Source of the DNA: an uncultured Bacteroidales bacterium
GTDB lineage: Bacteria > Bacteroidota > Bacteroidia > Bacteroidales > GCA-2748055
Assembly (NCBI GenBank): GCA_963751705.1
Contig: CAVVVN010000009.1
Coordinates: 88,697-152,696, forward strand
Direction: 5' to 3'
Length of the DNA: 64,000 nucleotides
Positions within the stretch are counted from its first letter, which is position 1, and every line of letters begins with the position of its first letter. Under the pieces are notes generated by a model that worked only from the letters and a program-made list of their open reading frames with translations, was not told the origin of the DNA and did no database searches. Below are positions 11,962 to 22,406 of the stretch, piece by piece. A program made the position numbers and the translations under genes.

Positions 11962-12678
11962 TTAAAACTTAATTTTAATTTCTGTTTTGGGCAGGCCCTT
12001 CTTCAAGAGCAGGATCCCCATATGAAACAGATCTATAGATACTTGCACCTCCGACCAGGAACTTACCTCCTTCCAGGCCCTGAACATCCCCCTGGACCAG
12101 TAGATATCATCCATCACGATCACCGACTCTTCCCCCGCTCTCTCCAGAATCCTCCTGATATAATCCACCGTGGGTTCATAGTGGTGATTGCCATCCACAA
12201 AGGCCACAAAGCGCCGGGGAAGCTGGGGCAGAACATATTCCAGTTTCTCTTCCATCTCGCCCCAGTGGATGGAGACCGGCCCGGGGCTGCACCTGCAAAT
12301 CAGTTGTGCGGCCCGTGCAGCTCTGTCTTTATCTCTCTCAATGCTGTGCAAGGGAGTTTCGGGCGATCCCAAAGAGAGGTAGACGGTACTGATGCCCACA
12401 CCGCTGCCCAGTTCAACGATCGCCTCCGGCCGGAACCACCTGCTGATCCGGTAGAGCAGAAAGCCATATTTTAGTGAGACCGAGGAAGACCTGACAAAGG
12501 GGTCTTCAGCACGCAGCCTGAGGTGCTCCGCTGCAATCCCCGGAGTTAAGCTCACTCCGTCCGAATTAAAGAGTACTCCGTTTATAAACCCGAACAGGTA
12601 GGGGGAGTGAATCCCGTGCCCCTTCCGGTGTCTCCTGTAAAACAGGTGCGTTATATATTTGAATACCCGCCAGGCCAT
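11962..12678 (-). CDS. Class I SAM-dependent methyltransferase
   Basis: GHGIHSP N-terminus, VELGSGVG, FVDGNH, DDIYWS. Confidence 0.85.
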   Translation of the reverse strand: MAWRVFKYITHLFYRRHRKGHGIHSPYLFGFINGVLFNSDGVSLTPGIAAEHLRLRAEDPFVRSSSVSLKYGFLLYRISRWFRPEAIVELGSGVGISTVYLSLGSPETPLHSIERDKDRAARAAQLICRCSPGPVSIHWGEMEEKLEYVLPQLPRRFVAFVDGNHHYEPTVDYIRRILERAGEESVIVMDDIYWSRGMFRAWKEVSSWSEVQVSIDLFHMGILLLKKGLPKTEIKIKF

Positions 12679-12723
12679 GGCTTATTACTGCAATATGCTA
12701 ATTTTACATAAATTGCTTCACGC

Positions 12724-14826
12724 ATGCAACAATATCTGCAACAGGATATTCAGTTTCTTCCGGGAGTGGGACCCAAACGGGCCGATCTGCTCCGGGAGGA
12801 GCTGAAAATAAATACGGTGGAAGATCTGCTCACTTACTACCCCTACCGCTATGTGGACCGCAGCCGCTTTTATAAAATATCGGAGATTAGTGCGGATATG
12901 CCCTATATCCAGATCAAGGGTAAAATTATGGCTTATGCTTCCGTGGGAAAGGGAAAGGGAAAGCGCCTGGTAGCAGATTTTGAAGATGGCAGCGGACACC
13001 TGGAGCTGGTCTGGTTCAGAGGGGCCAAATGGATTCCTGAGAACTACCCCGTGGGGAAGGAGCTGGTGGTATTCGGAAGGCCTTCGGTTTACCAGCGCAG
13101 GCTGAATGTGGTGCACCCGGAACTGGAGGATCCTGAAAAAAAACACGTGGTCAGCTCCAGGCTGCAGGCCGTCTACTCCACCACCGAAAAACTGAAGGAC
13201 CACTACCTCACCTCCAAGGCGATCAGTAAACTGATGGCCAACCTGATCAAGGGGCTTCCAAAGAAATTTGAAGAGACCCTTCCGGCCTGGCTTTTGCAGA
13301 AGCTGTCGCTGGTCAACCTGGATACTGCCATGCGCCAGATCCACTTTCCGGATACCACAGGCCAGTATAAGAAGGCCGAACTTCGTCTCAAGTTCGAGGA
13401 GCTCTTCTACATCCAGCTGAACATCCTGCAAGGAAAGACCGAGCGGAACAAGCGCTTTCGGGGGAATATTTTCGAAACCGTCGGAGAAAACTTCAACACC
13501 TTCTACAGAGAATATCTTCCTTTTGAGCTCACCGGGGCTCAAAAAAAGGTAATGAAAGAGCTGCGCAGGGATATGGGATCGGGCAGACAGATGAACCGTC
13601 TCCTCCAGGGGGATGTGGGAAGCGGGAAGACCCTGGTGGCACTAATGTCCATGCTGATTGCCATTGACAACGGGTTCCAGACCTGCATGATGGCCCCCAC
13701 AGAGATCCTGGCACAGCAGCATTTCAAGAGTATCAGCAATTTTCTGGATGGAATGGATGTGCAGGTGAAACTGCTGACCGGATCCGTTAAAAAGTCCGAG
13801 AGGGTTCCCATCCATGAAGGCTTGCTGGATGGCAGTCTGAATATCCTCATTGGCACACATGCTGTCATCGAAGATGTAGTCCAGTTCAAGCGGCTTGGAC
13901 TGGTGGTGATCGATGAACAGCACCGCTTCGGAGTCGCTCAGCGGGCCCGGCTCTGGAAAAAGGCCGATCTGCTTCCCCATGTGCTCGTAATGACCGCCAC
14001 TCCCATCCCGCGGACACTGGCCATGACCCTTTACGGGGATCTGGATGTATCGGTGATCGACGAACTTCCTCCAGGAAGAAAACCGGTGATCACCCGCCAC
14101 TCTTATGATTCAAAAAGGTTGATGGTCTTTGGATTCCTGAAAAAACAGCTGGCCCTGGGTCGACAGGCCTACATTGTTTACCCCCTGATCAAGGAGTCCG
14201 AATCGATGGATTATAAGGACCTGGAAGATGGACTTGAAAGTATTTCCCGTGCCTTTCCTCCCCCCGAATACCAGGTGAGCGTGGTCCATGGAAAGATGAA
14301 ACCGGAGGAAAAAGAGGCCTCCATGGCCCATTTTGTTGCAGGTCGTACGAATATTATGGTTGCCACAACGGTGATCGAGGTAGGGGTGGACGTAAGCAAT
14401 GCCACCATCATGATCATTGAAAGTGCTGAACGTTTCGGACTCTCGCAACTGCACCAGCTTCGGGGCAGGGTGGGACGTGGTGCGGATCAGTCCTATTGCA
14501 TCCTGATGTCAGGCTACAAACTGTCTGATGAGGGTAGAAAGCGAATCCAGACCATGGTAGAAACAAATGACGGCTTCGAAATAGCCGAGGTGGACCTGAA
14601 GCTGCGTGGACCGGGTGATATTGAGGGGACCCAGCAGAGTGGGGTTCCCTTTAACCTGAAGATTGCCCACCTGGGCCGGGATACCCAGATCCTCCATCTG
14701 GCTCGCGATACGGCCGAGCTAATCATCGAGGAAGATCCGGACCTGAAGCTTGAAAAAAACTTTCTCTTTGCCAGGCACATTAAAAAAGGGAATCCCCGGC
14801 GAATCGACTGGGCAAAAATAAGCTAG
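12724..14826 (+). CDS. recG: ATP-dependent DNA helicase RecG
   Basis: LLQGDVGSGKT, DEQHRFG, MTATPIPRTL, QLRGRVGRG, DLKLRGPG. Confidence 0.98.
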   Translation: MQQYLQQDIQFLPGVGPKRADLLREELKINTVEDLLTYYPYRYVDRSRFYKISEISADMPYIQIKGKIMAYASVGKGKGKRLVADFEDGSGHLELVWFRGAKWIPENYPVGKELVVFGRPSVYQRRLNVVHPELEDPEKKHVVSSRLQAVYSTTEKLKDHYLTSKAISKLMANLIKGLPKKFEETLPAWLLQKLSLVNLDTAMRQIHFPDTTGQYKKAELRLKFEELFYIQLNILQGKTERNKRFRGNIFETVGENFNTFYREYLPFELTGAQKKVMKELRRDMGSGRQMNRLLQGDVGSGKTLVALMSMLIAIDNGFQTCMMAPTEILAQQHFKSISNFLDGMDVQVKLLTGSVKKSERVPIHEGLLDGSLNILIGTHAVIEDVVQFKRLGLVVIDEQHRFGVAQRARLWKKADLLPHVLVMTATPIPRTLAMTLYGDLDVSVIDELPPGRKPVITRHSYDSKRLMVFGFLKKQLALGRQAYIVYPLIKESESMDYKDLEDGLESISRAFPPPEYQVSVVHGKMKPEEKEASMAHFVAGRTNIMVATTVIEVGVDVSNATIMIIESAERFGLSQLHQLRGRVGRGADQSYCILMSGYKLSDEGRKRIQTMVETNDGFEIAEVDLKLRGPGDIEGTQQSGVPFNLKIAHLGRDTQILHLARDTAELIIEEDPDLKLEKNFLFARHIKKGNPRRIDWAKIS

Positions 14827-14892
14827 GCTCCCCCATTTCATTTCTAAACCAAATATACCTACTTTGGGGCTCTGATTATAACTCATACCTTC

Positions 14893-16350
14893 ATGTCCAA
14901 ATTCACTCTTCTTCTGACCGCGGCTCTGTCTGTTTCTCTTTCCCTGACCGCACAATTCACCACCACTCCGGAAGCACTGAAAACACATGTAAGCTTCCTG
15001 GCATCAGACGCCCTTCTGGGCCGTGGCTTCGGCTCCCCCCAGGGTCTGGAAGCTGCACGCTATATCGCTGAACAGTTTGAAATGGCTGGCATAAAGCCAC
15101 TGGACGGGCACTACCTGCATCCCTTCGTTTCCAGGAAGGGAATTCTGAATATTTCAGGCAACAATGTGGTGGGAGTAATCCGGGGCAATGACCCTGATTT
15201 ACGGGAGGAATATATTGTTCTGGGTGCGCATTATGACCACCTGGGCTGGAAAATAGCAGATGGGGATACCGTCGTGTACAATGGGGCAGATGACAATGCC
15301 ACCGGTTCCTCCTCCCTCATTGAGATCGGACGCAACCTTGTGGAAAGAGAGGGTGAGCTGGGCAGAAGTGTGATCCTGGTAGCCTTTGACGGCGAGGAAA
15401 GCGGACTCATTGGTTCCACCCATTTCCTGGAAGACTCTGTGGTGGCTCCGCACCGGATTAAACTGATGTTCAGCCTGGATATGGTGGGCATGGTCAAGGC
15501 CCACGGAGGACTGGACATGAAAGGGGTCAAACTGCTGGATGATTCGGATCACCTGGTGGGTGAACTGGCCCTAAAATATGGCCTCCAGATTACCAAGGCC
15601 AACAGCGCCATTGAACAGCGAACCGACACAGCACCCTTTGGGAAATACGGAATTCCATCCATTGCACCCAACACAGGAACAGAATCCCCCTACCACAAAC
15701 CGGAAGATACTTTCGAGAAACTGGACTATGAGGGTATGGCCAGGGTGGCCAATTATTTGAGCGAGGCCACGCTCTATCTTTCCTCCCGGGAGCCCCTTTC
15801 AGAGTTGACCGGAGTGGAAGAGGGAGAAGAACCGGGAAGCAGTGTAAAAAGTTTCCGTTTGGGATTGCGGCTGAACACTGGATCGAGCCATCACAATTAC
15901 AGGGATCAGTACTACACCGGGAAATCCATCTTCGCCGCAGCCGGCGGCCTGATGACCAATATCCGCTTAAGCCAAAACTTTCATCTCCAGCCCGAAATCC
16001 TTTACGAAACCAAGGGGAGTAAACACAACGATGGAGTGCTTCGAACTCACACCATTACCGCACCCTTAAGCCTGCTATTTATGAGCGATGAGGATCAGAT
16101 TGTCCGGAGGTACGCACACCTCGGCGGATATTTCAGCTCCCATTTCGGTGGTCAGATTTCAGGGACTCCCATCGATTTTGACACCGATTTCAACAGAAAG
16201 GAGTATGGAATCATTTATGGTTTCGGGATGGAAGTGATGAATATCCAGATGGGCCTCTGGTTTCAGAAAAGCTTCTCGGACTTCCATAAAGAGCCCGACA
16301 ACCGCATCAGTCAACAAAGCGTATATTTTTCGCTGGGATGGATGTTTTAA
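14893..16350 (+). CDS. M28 family peptidase fused to a C-terminal outer-membrane beta-barrel-like domain
   Basis: GAHYDHLG, NGADDNATG, FDGEESG, SLDMVG and YHKPED M28 motifs; C-terminal LQPEILYETKG...VYFSLGWMF. Confidence 0.85.
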   Translation: MSKFTLLLTAALSVSLSLTAQFTTTPEALKTHVSFLASDALLGRGFGSPQGLEAARYIAEQFEMAGIKPLDGHYLHPFVSRKGILNISGNNVVGVIRGNDPDLREEYIVLGAHYDHLGWKIADGDTVVYNGADDNATGSSSLIEIGRNLVEREGELGRSVILVAFDGEESGLIGSTHFLEDSVVAPHRIKLMFSLDMVGMVKAHGGLDMKGVKLLDDSDHLVGELALKYGLQITKANSAIEQRTDTAPFGKYGIPSIAPNTGTESPYHKPEDTFEKLDYEGMARVANYLSEATLYLSSREPLSELTGVEEGEEPGSSVKSFRLGLRLNTGSSHHNYRDQYYTGKSIFAAAGGLMTNIRLSQNFHLQPEILYETKGSKHNDGVLRTHTITAPLSLLFMSDEDQIVRRYAHLGGYFSSHFGGQISGTPIDFDTDFNRKEYGIIYGFGMEVMNIQMGLWFQKSFSDFHKEPDNRISQQSVYFSLGWMF

Positions 16351-16357
16351 GCCTTGC

Positions 16358-17416
16358 TCAGTCCTGTACACAACGAACCGAAAATCCCTGGTTTTTATAA
16401 TTGTACTGGCGGTAGACCGTTTCATAGTTGTAATAAAGCGTGCGGTACCAGGCTTTTCCGGTTCCACTATGCTCGCTTGCTGTCCAGAAGGTTGCATAGT
16501 TGCCCAGGCTGTAGAATACTCCCTTATTTCCCCGGAATCCTCCTGGCAAAGCAGTAAATCCGCTTGAATTGGAAGCTCCGGTATTGGGTGATTCCCATTT
16601 GGAAAACCCAAGCTCTTTCAACTGGCCTCCCTGGTCGCTTCCGCGCCACTCATAATTGTCGGCCTGGGCCTGACTCATTCCCAGGTACATTTCAAGTATT
16701 TTCCACTCTGCGTCGCTGGGCAAATGCCAGCCATCGGGACAAACTCCCTGGATCCCGCTGGGAACCGTATCTATACCGGGCAAGCCGTTCATGGCTGCGG
16801 CCCAGGTGTAGAGGGCTCCCGTTGTGTCACTGTAGCCGCTGAGGTTATTATACCAGGAATAGGCCTTCGCGTCGGCAGAAAGGGCCCCCCATTCTGCTTC
16901 ATCGCTCACCAGGGGAATGGGACTTCCATCAGCATAATGAAGTACTTTCAGATTCTCTGCCATCCAGGTCTGGTCGCCAATTTCGATGGTCCCGTATTCG
17001 TTCCCGTCAATATCACTGACTGTTCCATAGTTCAACCCGGGATTAAATCCTCCCGGGCTATCCACCAGTACGGTTATATTCGCTGCCACCTGGGCATCGT
17101 CATTATCCTTGGCGGTAGCACTCAGAGCATAGCCCGCAATCTCCAAATCAGCCGTCGACCAAACATAAACCAGGGAGGAAGCTTCTGCGCTGGCCACCTC
17201 TACACCCTGGACATATATGCTTATTTCCGTGATGGAGCCGTCCACATCCTCTGCTTCAGCCCTGATGCTTACAAGCTCTCCCTGCATTATGGACGAACCA
17301 TTCGCCGGGCTTACCACCTCAACGGTGGGATCCTCATTCTCCTTTTCGCTGCATGCGGAAAACAGTACCCATGGAATCAAATAAATGATATTTAATACAA
17401 TTCTATTCCTACTCAT
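16358..17416 (-). CDS. FISUMP (Fibrobacter major paralogous domain) lipoprotein with an Ig-like domain
   Basis: Lipobox FSAC; DIDGNEY, WMAENL, GALYTW, CPDGWHLPS, GFSVRCV. Confidence 0.9.
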   Translation of the reverse strand: MSRNRIVLNIIYLIPWVLFSACSEKENEDPTVEVVSPANGSSIMQGELVSIRAEAEDVDGSITEISIYVQGVEVASAEASSLVYVWSTADLEIAGYALSATAKDNDDAQVAANITVLVDSPGGFNPGLNYGTVSDIDGNEYGTIEIGDQTWMAENLKVLHYADGSPIPLVSDEAEWGALSADAKAYSWYNNLSGYSDTTGALYTWAAAMNGLPGIDTVPSGIQGVCPDGWHLPSDAEWKILEMYLGMSQAQADNYEWRGSDQGGQLKELGFSKWESPNTGASNSSGFTALPGGFRGNKGVFYSLGNYATFWTASEHSGTGKAWYRTLYYNYETVYRQYNYKNQGFSVRCVQD

Positions 17417-17579
17417 ATCTAAAGTTTTTTTAAGGACTCCCTATAATAGCTCACTTTTCGATCAAAAATTACGCCAACAAAAATAATGTAAAAGGAATCA
17501 TAACTATTTATATCGAGAATAAATAGTCCTGAAACCAGATTAATATGACCTTCAGCAGGTGAGATTCATCCAACATCAA

Positions 17580-17587
17580 TAATTTTG
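17580..17587 (+). promoter_or_regulatory. -7 box TAATTTTG, 5 nt before the rseC ATG (rnf operon promoter)
   Basis: Reads TAATTTTG-TGCTC-ATG. Confidence 0.6.
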
Positions 17588-17592
17588 TGCTC

Positions 17593-18009
17593 ATGATTGA
17601 GCACGAGGGGATCATCGAGCATATTGAGGATGACATGGCGCATGTGAAAATCGACCGGGTCTCTGCCTGTTCCAGTTGCTATGCCAAAGGAGCATGCAGT
17701 GCAGCCGACCAGGAGGAAAAGTATCTGGATGTTCCCCTTCACGGAGCTACTTATAAGCAGGGAGATTCGGTTTTTGTGCAGGTGGCAAATCACCTGGGCT
17801 TCAAAGCCGTTCTGATGGGCTATGTATATCCTTTTCTTATTCTGATGGCTGTGCTTATGGGGATGCTTGCCGCTGGCGCGGAGGAGCTCAGGGCCGGTTT
17901 AGTGGCCCTGCTATCCATCGTTCCTTATTACCTCCTGCTCTACCTGCTCCGTAATCGCTTATCAAAGTCATTCACCTTTAGCATCAAGAAAACAGTTACT
18001 GTGCAATGA
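17593..18009 (+). CDS. rseC: RseC/MucC family protein
   Basis: IEHEG, SACSSC...C motif, two TM helices; first gene of the rnf operon. Confidence 0.88.
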   Translation: MIEHEGIIEHIEDDMAHVKIDRVSACSSCYAKGACSAADQEEKYLDVPLHGATYKQGDSVFVQVANHLGFKAVLMGYVYPFLILMAVLMGMLAAGAEELRAGLVALLSIVPYYLLLYLLRNRLSKSFTFSIKKTVTVQ

Positions 18010-18872
18010 GCCAGATTATAATTTATACCATTCTTACCCTGGTGGCCATAGGGGCCGCCGCAGCCATCATACTCTACCTGGTAGCTCAGAAATTTAAAGT
18101 ATATGAAGATCCGCGCATTGACCAGGTGGAAGAGGTGCTTCCCGCAGCCAATTGTGGCGGTTGCGGGTTCCCGGGTTGTCACAATTTTGCAGAAACCCTG
18201 GTGAAGTCGGAATCCTGGGAAGATCTTTTCTGTCCGGTTGGAGGGAATGAGACCATGTCAAAGGCTGCGGCCATCCTTGGAAGAGAAGCCATCGAACAGG
18301 CACCGAGAGTAGCAGTGGTCCGCTGCAACGGCACCCCGGAATTCAGGCCGAGGATTACCGAATACGATGGGGCGCCCACCTGTGCCATTGCCCATAGCCT
18401 TTACGCCGGAGAAGGAGGATGTCCCTTTGGCTGTCTGGGATGTGGCGACTGTGTGGTCGTATGTAACTTCGACGCCATCCACATGGATCCTGCCACCGGT
18501 CTGCCTGTTGTAATAGATGATGCCTGTACCGCCTGCGGAGCCTGTGTGGAGGCCTGTCCCAGAAATATTATCGAGCTCAGAAAGAAAAACAAAAAGGACC
18601 GGAAAATTTTTGTGAGTTGCATTAATGAGGAGAAAGGCGCGGTGGCCAAGAAAAACTGCAGCGTGGCCTGTATCGGATGCTCCAAATGCTTCAAGGTATG
18701 CAAGTATGACGCTATAACCATGGAGAACAACAAGGCGTTTATTGATTCGGATAAATGCGTCTTGTGCCGTAAATGCGTGCCGGAGTGCCCAACCGATGCC
18801 ATCCTGGAACTGAATTTTCCACCACCCAGGATAAAGGAAGCGGTAGAACCAAGCGAAATCGAAAAAAGTTAG
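18006..18872 (+). CDS. rnfB: Rnf complex subunit B (polyferredoxin)
   Basis: LPAANCGGCGFPGC and multiple CxxCxxCxxxC motifs. Confidence 0.95.
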   Translation: MSQIIIYTILTLVAIGAAAAIILYLVAQKFKVYEDPRIDQVEEVLPAANCGGCGFPGCHNFAETLVKSESWEDLFCPVGGNETMSKAAAILGREAIEQAPRVAVVRCNGTPEFRPRITEYDGAPTCAIAHSLYAGEGGCPFGCLGCGDCVVVCNFDAIHMDPATGLPVVIDDACTACGACVEACPRNIIELRKKNKKDRKIFVSCINEEKGAVAKKNCSVACIGCSKCFKVCKYDAITMENNKAFIDSDKCVLCRKCVPECPTDAILELNFPPPRIKEAVEPSEIEKS

Positions 18873-18895
18873 AGAGAATATAAACAGGCGTTTCC

Positions 18896-20230
18896 ATGAG
18901 TCTTAAAACATTTTCCAGGGGTGGAGTCCACCCTCCCGAATATAAACTATCGGCAGGTTCGAAAATAAAGGTACTTGCCCCTCCGGAAATCGCGGTAATT
19001 CCCCTGTCGCAGCACCTGGGCGCCCCTGCCAAAGTGCTTGTAAACCGTGGCGACCAGGTGAAGGTGGGGCAGTTGATCGCCCAGTCAGAAGGATTTGTAT
19101 CCACCAATATCCACTCCTCCGTTTCGGGGAAAGTACTTAAAGTGGATCAGTTTATGGACAGCACCGGTTATCGTAAAATGGCGGTGCAGATCCAGGTGGA
19201 GGGTGACCAGTGGCTGGAGACCATCGACCGGTCGGACGACCTGGTGAGAAATTCAGTACTTCCTGCAAAAGATATTCAGAAAAAGATCCTGGAAGCGGGG
19301 ATCGTCGGACTGGGCGGAGCTACCTTTCCCAGTCATGTCAAGCTGATGGTTCCCAAGGGTAAATCTGCTGAGTTTGTGATAATCAACGGGGTGGAGTGTG
19401 AACCCTATCTGACAGCCGACCACGCGCTGATGATGGAGCGGTCGGAAGAGTTGTTCTCCGGAATACAGCTTCTGATGAAAGGACTGGGAGTGGAAAAAGC
19501 CATCATCGGCATTGAAAACAACAAGCCGGATGCCATCGCAAAGATGAAACAGGTGGTGGAAGGAAGCCCGGTGAGCGTCCAGGGACTGAAGGTAAAATAT
19601 CCCCAGGGAGGCGAAAAACAACTGGTTCAGGCCCTGCTTAAACGAGAGGTGCCATCGGGGGGACTGCCCATTGATGTGGGGGTGGTCGTATTTAATGTGG
19701 GTACCGCGCTGGCCGTTTATGAAGCAGTCATGAAAAACCGGCCCCTGATTGACCGGGTGGTTACCGTTACAGGTAAATCCCTGGAAAAACCCTCCAATTT
19801 TCTGGTCAGGATCGGCACCCCGGTATCCACCCTGGTGGAAGAGGCTGGAGGGTTACCCGCGCATATAGCCAAGGTGATCAATGGGGGCCCCATGATGGGA
19901 AAAGCCATCTCCACTCTGGAGGTACCCATCGTTAAGGGAAGCTCCGGGATTCTGCTGATGGATGAGAGCGAGGCCCGGCGCAAAGAGGTCCTTCCCTGTA
20001 TCCGCTGCACAAAATGTGTGGGGGTATGTCCCATGGGACTCGAGCCCTACCTCTTAATGAGCCTGTCGGAAAAGAGCCTGTTTGAACGTATGGAAGCGGA
20101 GAAGGTTCTGGACTGCATCGAATGCGGAAGCTGCAGTTACACCTGTCCCTCTTCCCGGCCGCTGCTGGACTATATCAGGCTGGGTAAAGCTGAAGTCGGT
20201 AAAATCAAAAGAGCAAGCTTAGCTATTTAA
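18896..20230 (+). CDS. rnfC: Rnf complex subunit C
   Basis: GIVGLGGATFP, NGVECEPYLTAD, YPQGGEKQ, two 4Fe-4S motifs. Confidence 0.97.
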   Translation: MSLKTFSRGGVHPPEYKLSAGSKIKVLAPPEIAVIPLSQHLGAPAKVLVNRGDQVKVGQLIAQSEGFVSTNIHSSVSGKVLKVDQFMDSTGYRKMAVQIQVEGDQWLETIDRSDDLVRNSVLPAKDIQKKILEAGIVGLGGATFPSHVKLMVPKGKSAEFVIINGVECEPYLTADHALMMERSEELFSGIQLLMKGLGVEKAIIGIENNKPDAIAKMKQVVEGSPVSVQGLKVKYPQGGEKQLVQALLKREVPSGGLPIDVGVVVFNVGTALAVYEAVMKNRPLIDRVVTVTGKSLEKPSNFLVRIGTPVSTLVEEAGGLPAHIAKVINGGPMMGKAISTLEVPIVKGSSGILLMDESEARRKEVLPCIRCTKCVGVCPMGLEPYLLMSLSEKSLFERMEAEKVLDCIECGSCSYTCPSSRPLLDYIRLGKAEVGKIKRASLAI

Positions 20231-20248
20231 GAAATTTTATACACAGAG

Positions 20249-21241
20249 ATGAATAAATTCATTGTATCACCTTCACCTCATGCCTATACGGACGAATCGG
20301 TCCCTAAACTGATGTATGGGGTGATCCTGTCACTTCTTCCGGCCCTGGCTGTATCTGTCTATTTTTTTGGCCTGGGGATGATCATAGTAAGCAGCGTTTC
20401 AGTGGCCTCCTGCATCCTGTTCGAATACCTGATCCAGCGCTTCATACTAAAGACCAGGCCCACCCACCTGGATGGCTCGGCCCTGCTGACGGGCCTGCTG
20501 CTGGCCTTCTGCCTTCCGGCCAATATCCCTTTTTGGATGGCAATGATCGGGGCACTGGCAGCCGTAGGGATCGGAAAAATGACCTTTGGAGGCCTGGGGA
20601 ACAATATTTTTAATCCTGCTCTGGTGGGCCGGGTATTTCTGTTTATCTCCTTTCCCGTGGCCATGACAGCCTGGCCCGAACCTGGACAGTGGATGAGCTA
20701 TACCGATGCCGTGACCGGTGCCACCCCGCTGGGACTCATGAAAGAGGGGCTGGCAAATCGGACGGTGGGTGAGATCATGCCTGAAGTGCCCTCCTTCCTC
20801 CACCTCCTGATAGGGAAGAGCATGGGCTCCGCAGGAGAGGTTTCTGCCCTGGCCCTGTTGCTCGGAATGCTATTTTTGTTGTACCGGAAGATCATCTCCT
20901 GGCACATACCCGTAAGCATCCTGGTCACCGTTGGCATCTTTACCGGGATCCTCTGGCTGGCCAATCCCGATCGTTTTGCCGATCCCCTGTTCCACCTGCT
21001 TACCGGGGGCCTGATGCTGGGGGCCATCTACATGGCCACCGACTATGTCACTTCACCCATGACCCACCGGGGAATGATTATCTACGGGATTGGAATCGGG
21101 ATTGTGACCGTACTGATCCGCGTCTTCGGGGCCTATCCTGAAGGGGTGCAGTTTGCCATTCTGATCTTCAACGGTTTTACACCGCTAATCAACAAATATG
21201 TCAAACCGAAACGCTTTGGAAAGGAGGTGAACAATGGCTAA
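20249..21241 (+). CDS. rnfD: Rnf complex subunit D
   Basis: FGGLGNNIFNPAL, FMN-attachment TGATPL, MATDYVTSP. Confidence 0.97.
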   Translation: MNKFIVSPSPHAYTDESVPKLMYGVILSLLPALAVSVYFFGLGMIIVSSVSVASCILFEYLIQRFILKTRPTHLDGSALLTGLLLAFCLPANIPFWMAMIGALAAVGIGKMTFGGLGNNIFNPALVGRVFLFISFPVAMTAWPEPGQWMSYTDAVTGATPLGLMKEGLANRTVGEIMPEVPSFLHLLIGKSMGSAGEVSALALLLGMLFLLYRKIISWHIPVSILVTVGIFTGILWLANPDRFADPLFHLLTGGLMLGAIYMATDYVTSPMTHRGMIIYGIGIGIVTVLIRVFGAYPEGVQFAILIFNGFTPLINKYVKPKRFGKEVNNG

Positions 21242-21815
21242 AAAGGAATCAACATTTCTGAGTATGGTAGCCACCCTCTTTATGGTTACCCTGGTGGCAG
21301 CCGGACTGCTGGGATCGGTTTTTGCTCTGACCAAAGAGCCCATCCGGCTGGCCGAACTGAAGAAGAAGAACGAAGCCATCCAGGTGGTGGTCCCCGGTTT
21401 TGACAATGAACCCTCCCAGGAAGTGAAACGTGTGTTTGTGGACGGCGATAGTCTCTATCTCTATACGGCCCGCAAGGGAGAGGAAGTTCTGGGAACAGCC
21501 GTGGAGACTTTTACCAACCTGGGGTTCAGCGGAGAGTTTAAGCTGATGGTTGGATTTGCCCCGGATGGCTCCATCATTGATATAGCGGTGATAAAGCATG
21601 CGGAGACTCCGGGACTGGGCGATAAGATGGAGAAGGGGAAAAGTGATTTCAGCCTGCAGTTTATGGGCAAGCACCCCGACAATTTTAATCTGGCGGTCAA
21701 AAAAGACAGGGGCGATGTGGATGCCATTACTGCCTCCACCATCACCTCCAGGGCCTATTGCGATGCAGTAAAACGAGCGTACGCCGTATTTATGGAAAGT
21801 CAAAAAGAAAACTGA
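21234..21815 (+). CDS. rnfG: Rnf complex subunit G
   Basis: ETPGLG; DAITASTITS FMN-site variant. Confidence 0.95.
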   Translation: MAKKESTFLSMVATLFMVTLVAAGLLGSVFALTKEPIRLAELKKKNEAIQVVVPGFDNEPSQEVKRVFVDGDSLYLYTARKGEEVLGTAVETFTNLGFSGEFKLMVGFAPDGSIIDIAVIKHAETPGLGDKMEKGKSDFSLQFMGKHPDNFNLAVKKDRGDVDAITASTITSRAYCDAVKRAYAVFMESQKEN

Positions 21816-21816
21816 T

Positions 21817-22404
21817 ATGAGCCAGTGGAAAAATTTTAGTAAAGGATTCATCAAGGAAAATGCGGTGTTCGTATTGTTCCTGGGCTTATGTCCCACACTG
21901 GGGGTGACTACTTCGGCCATCAACGGACTGGGAATGGGCCTGGCCACCACCTTCGTGCTGGTGATGTCCAACCTGGTAGTCTCCCTGGTGAAGAACCTGA
22001 TCCCCGATAAGGTACGGATACCCTCTTTTATTGTGATCATTGCCTCCTTTGTAACGGTAGTTGAACTGGTGATGAAAGGATATGTCCCTGCCCTCTTTGA
22101 TGCGCTGGGACTTTTTATTCCCCTAATCGTGGTAAACTGCGTGGTTCTGGGAAGGGCGGAAGCCTTTGCCTCCAAAAATACCATATGGGCCTCCATCGTG
22201 GATGGTGCCGGAATGGGGCTGGGGTTCACCATGGCACTCACGGTGCTGGGAGCTGTAAGAGAACTGCTGGGAAGCGGGGCCTTCTTTGGAATGAAGCTGA
22301 TCAGCGGCGATGGCATGCTGCTCTTCATCCTCCCTCCCGGAGCTTTTCTCGCCCTGGGTTACCTGATCGTTCTTGCCAATATGATTAAAGAAAAAACCTC
22401 CTGA
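21817..22404 (+). CDS. rnfE: Rnf complex subunit E
   Basis: LGLCPTLG, PLIVVNC, GRAEAFA, LPPGAF. Confidence 0.96.
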   Translation: MSQWKNFSKGFIKENAVFVLFLGLCPTLGVTTSAINGLGMGLATTFVLVMSNLVVSLVKNLIPDKVRIPSFIVIIASFVTVVELVMKGYVPALFDALGLFIPLIVVNCVVLGRAEAFASKNTIWASIVDGAGMGLGFTMALTVLGAVRELLGSGAFFGMKLISGDGMLLFILPPGAFLALGYLIVLANMIKEKTS

Positions 22405-22406
22405 CC

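Noticed and set aside
12718-13542. 274-aa minus-strand ORF
   Set aside because: Antisense shadow of recG in GC-rich coding DNA.
21720-21750. RnfG flavinylation motif reads TAST rather than S/TGAT
   Set aside because: The target Thr is retained and similar variants are, from recall, usual in Bacteroidota; not evidence of novelty.
21249-22328. 359-aa minus-strand ORF
   Set aside because: Antisense shadow of rnfG/rnfE; no motifs of its own.
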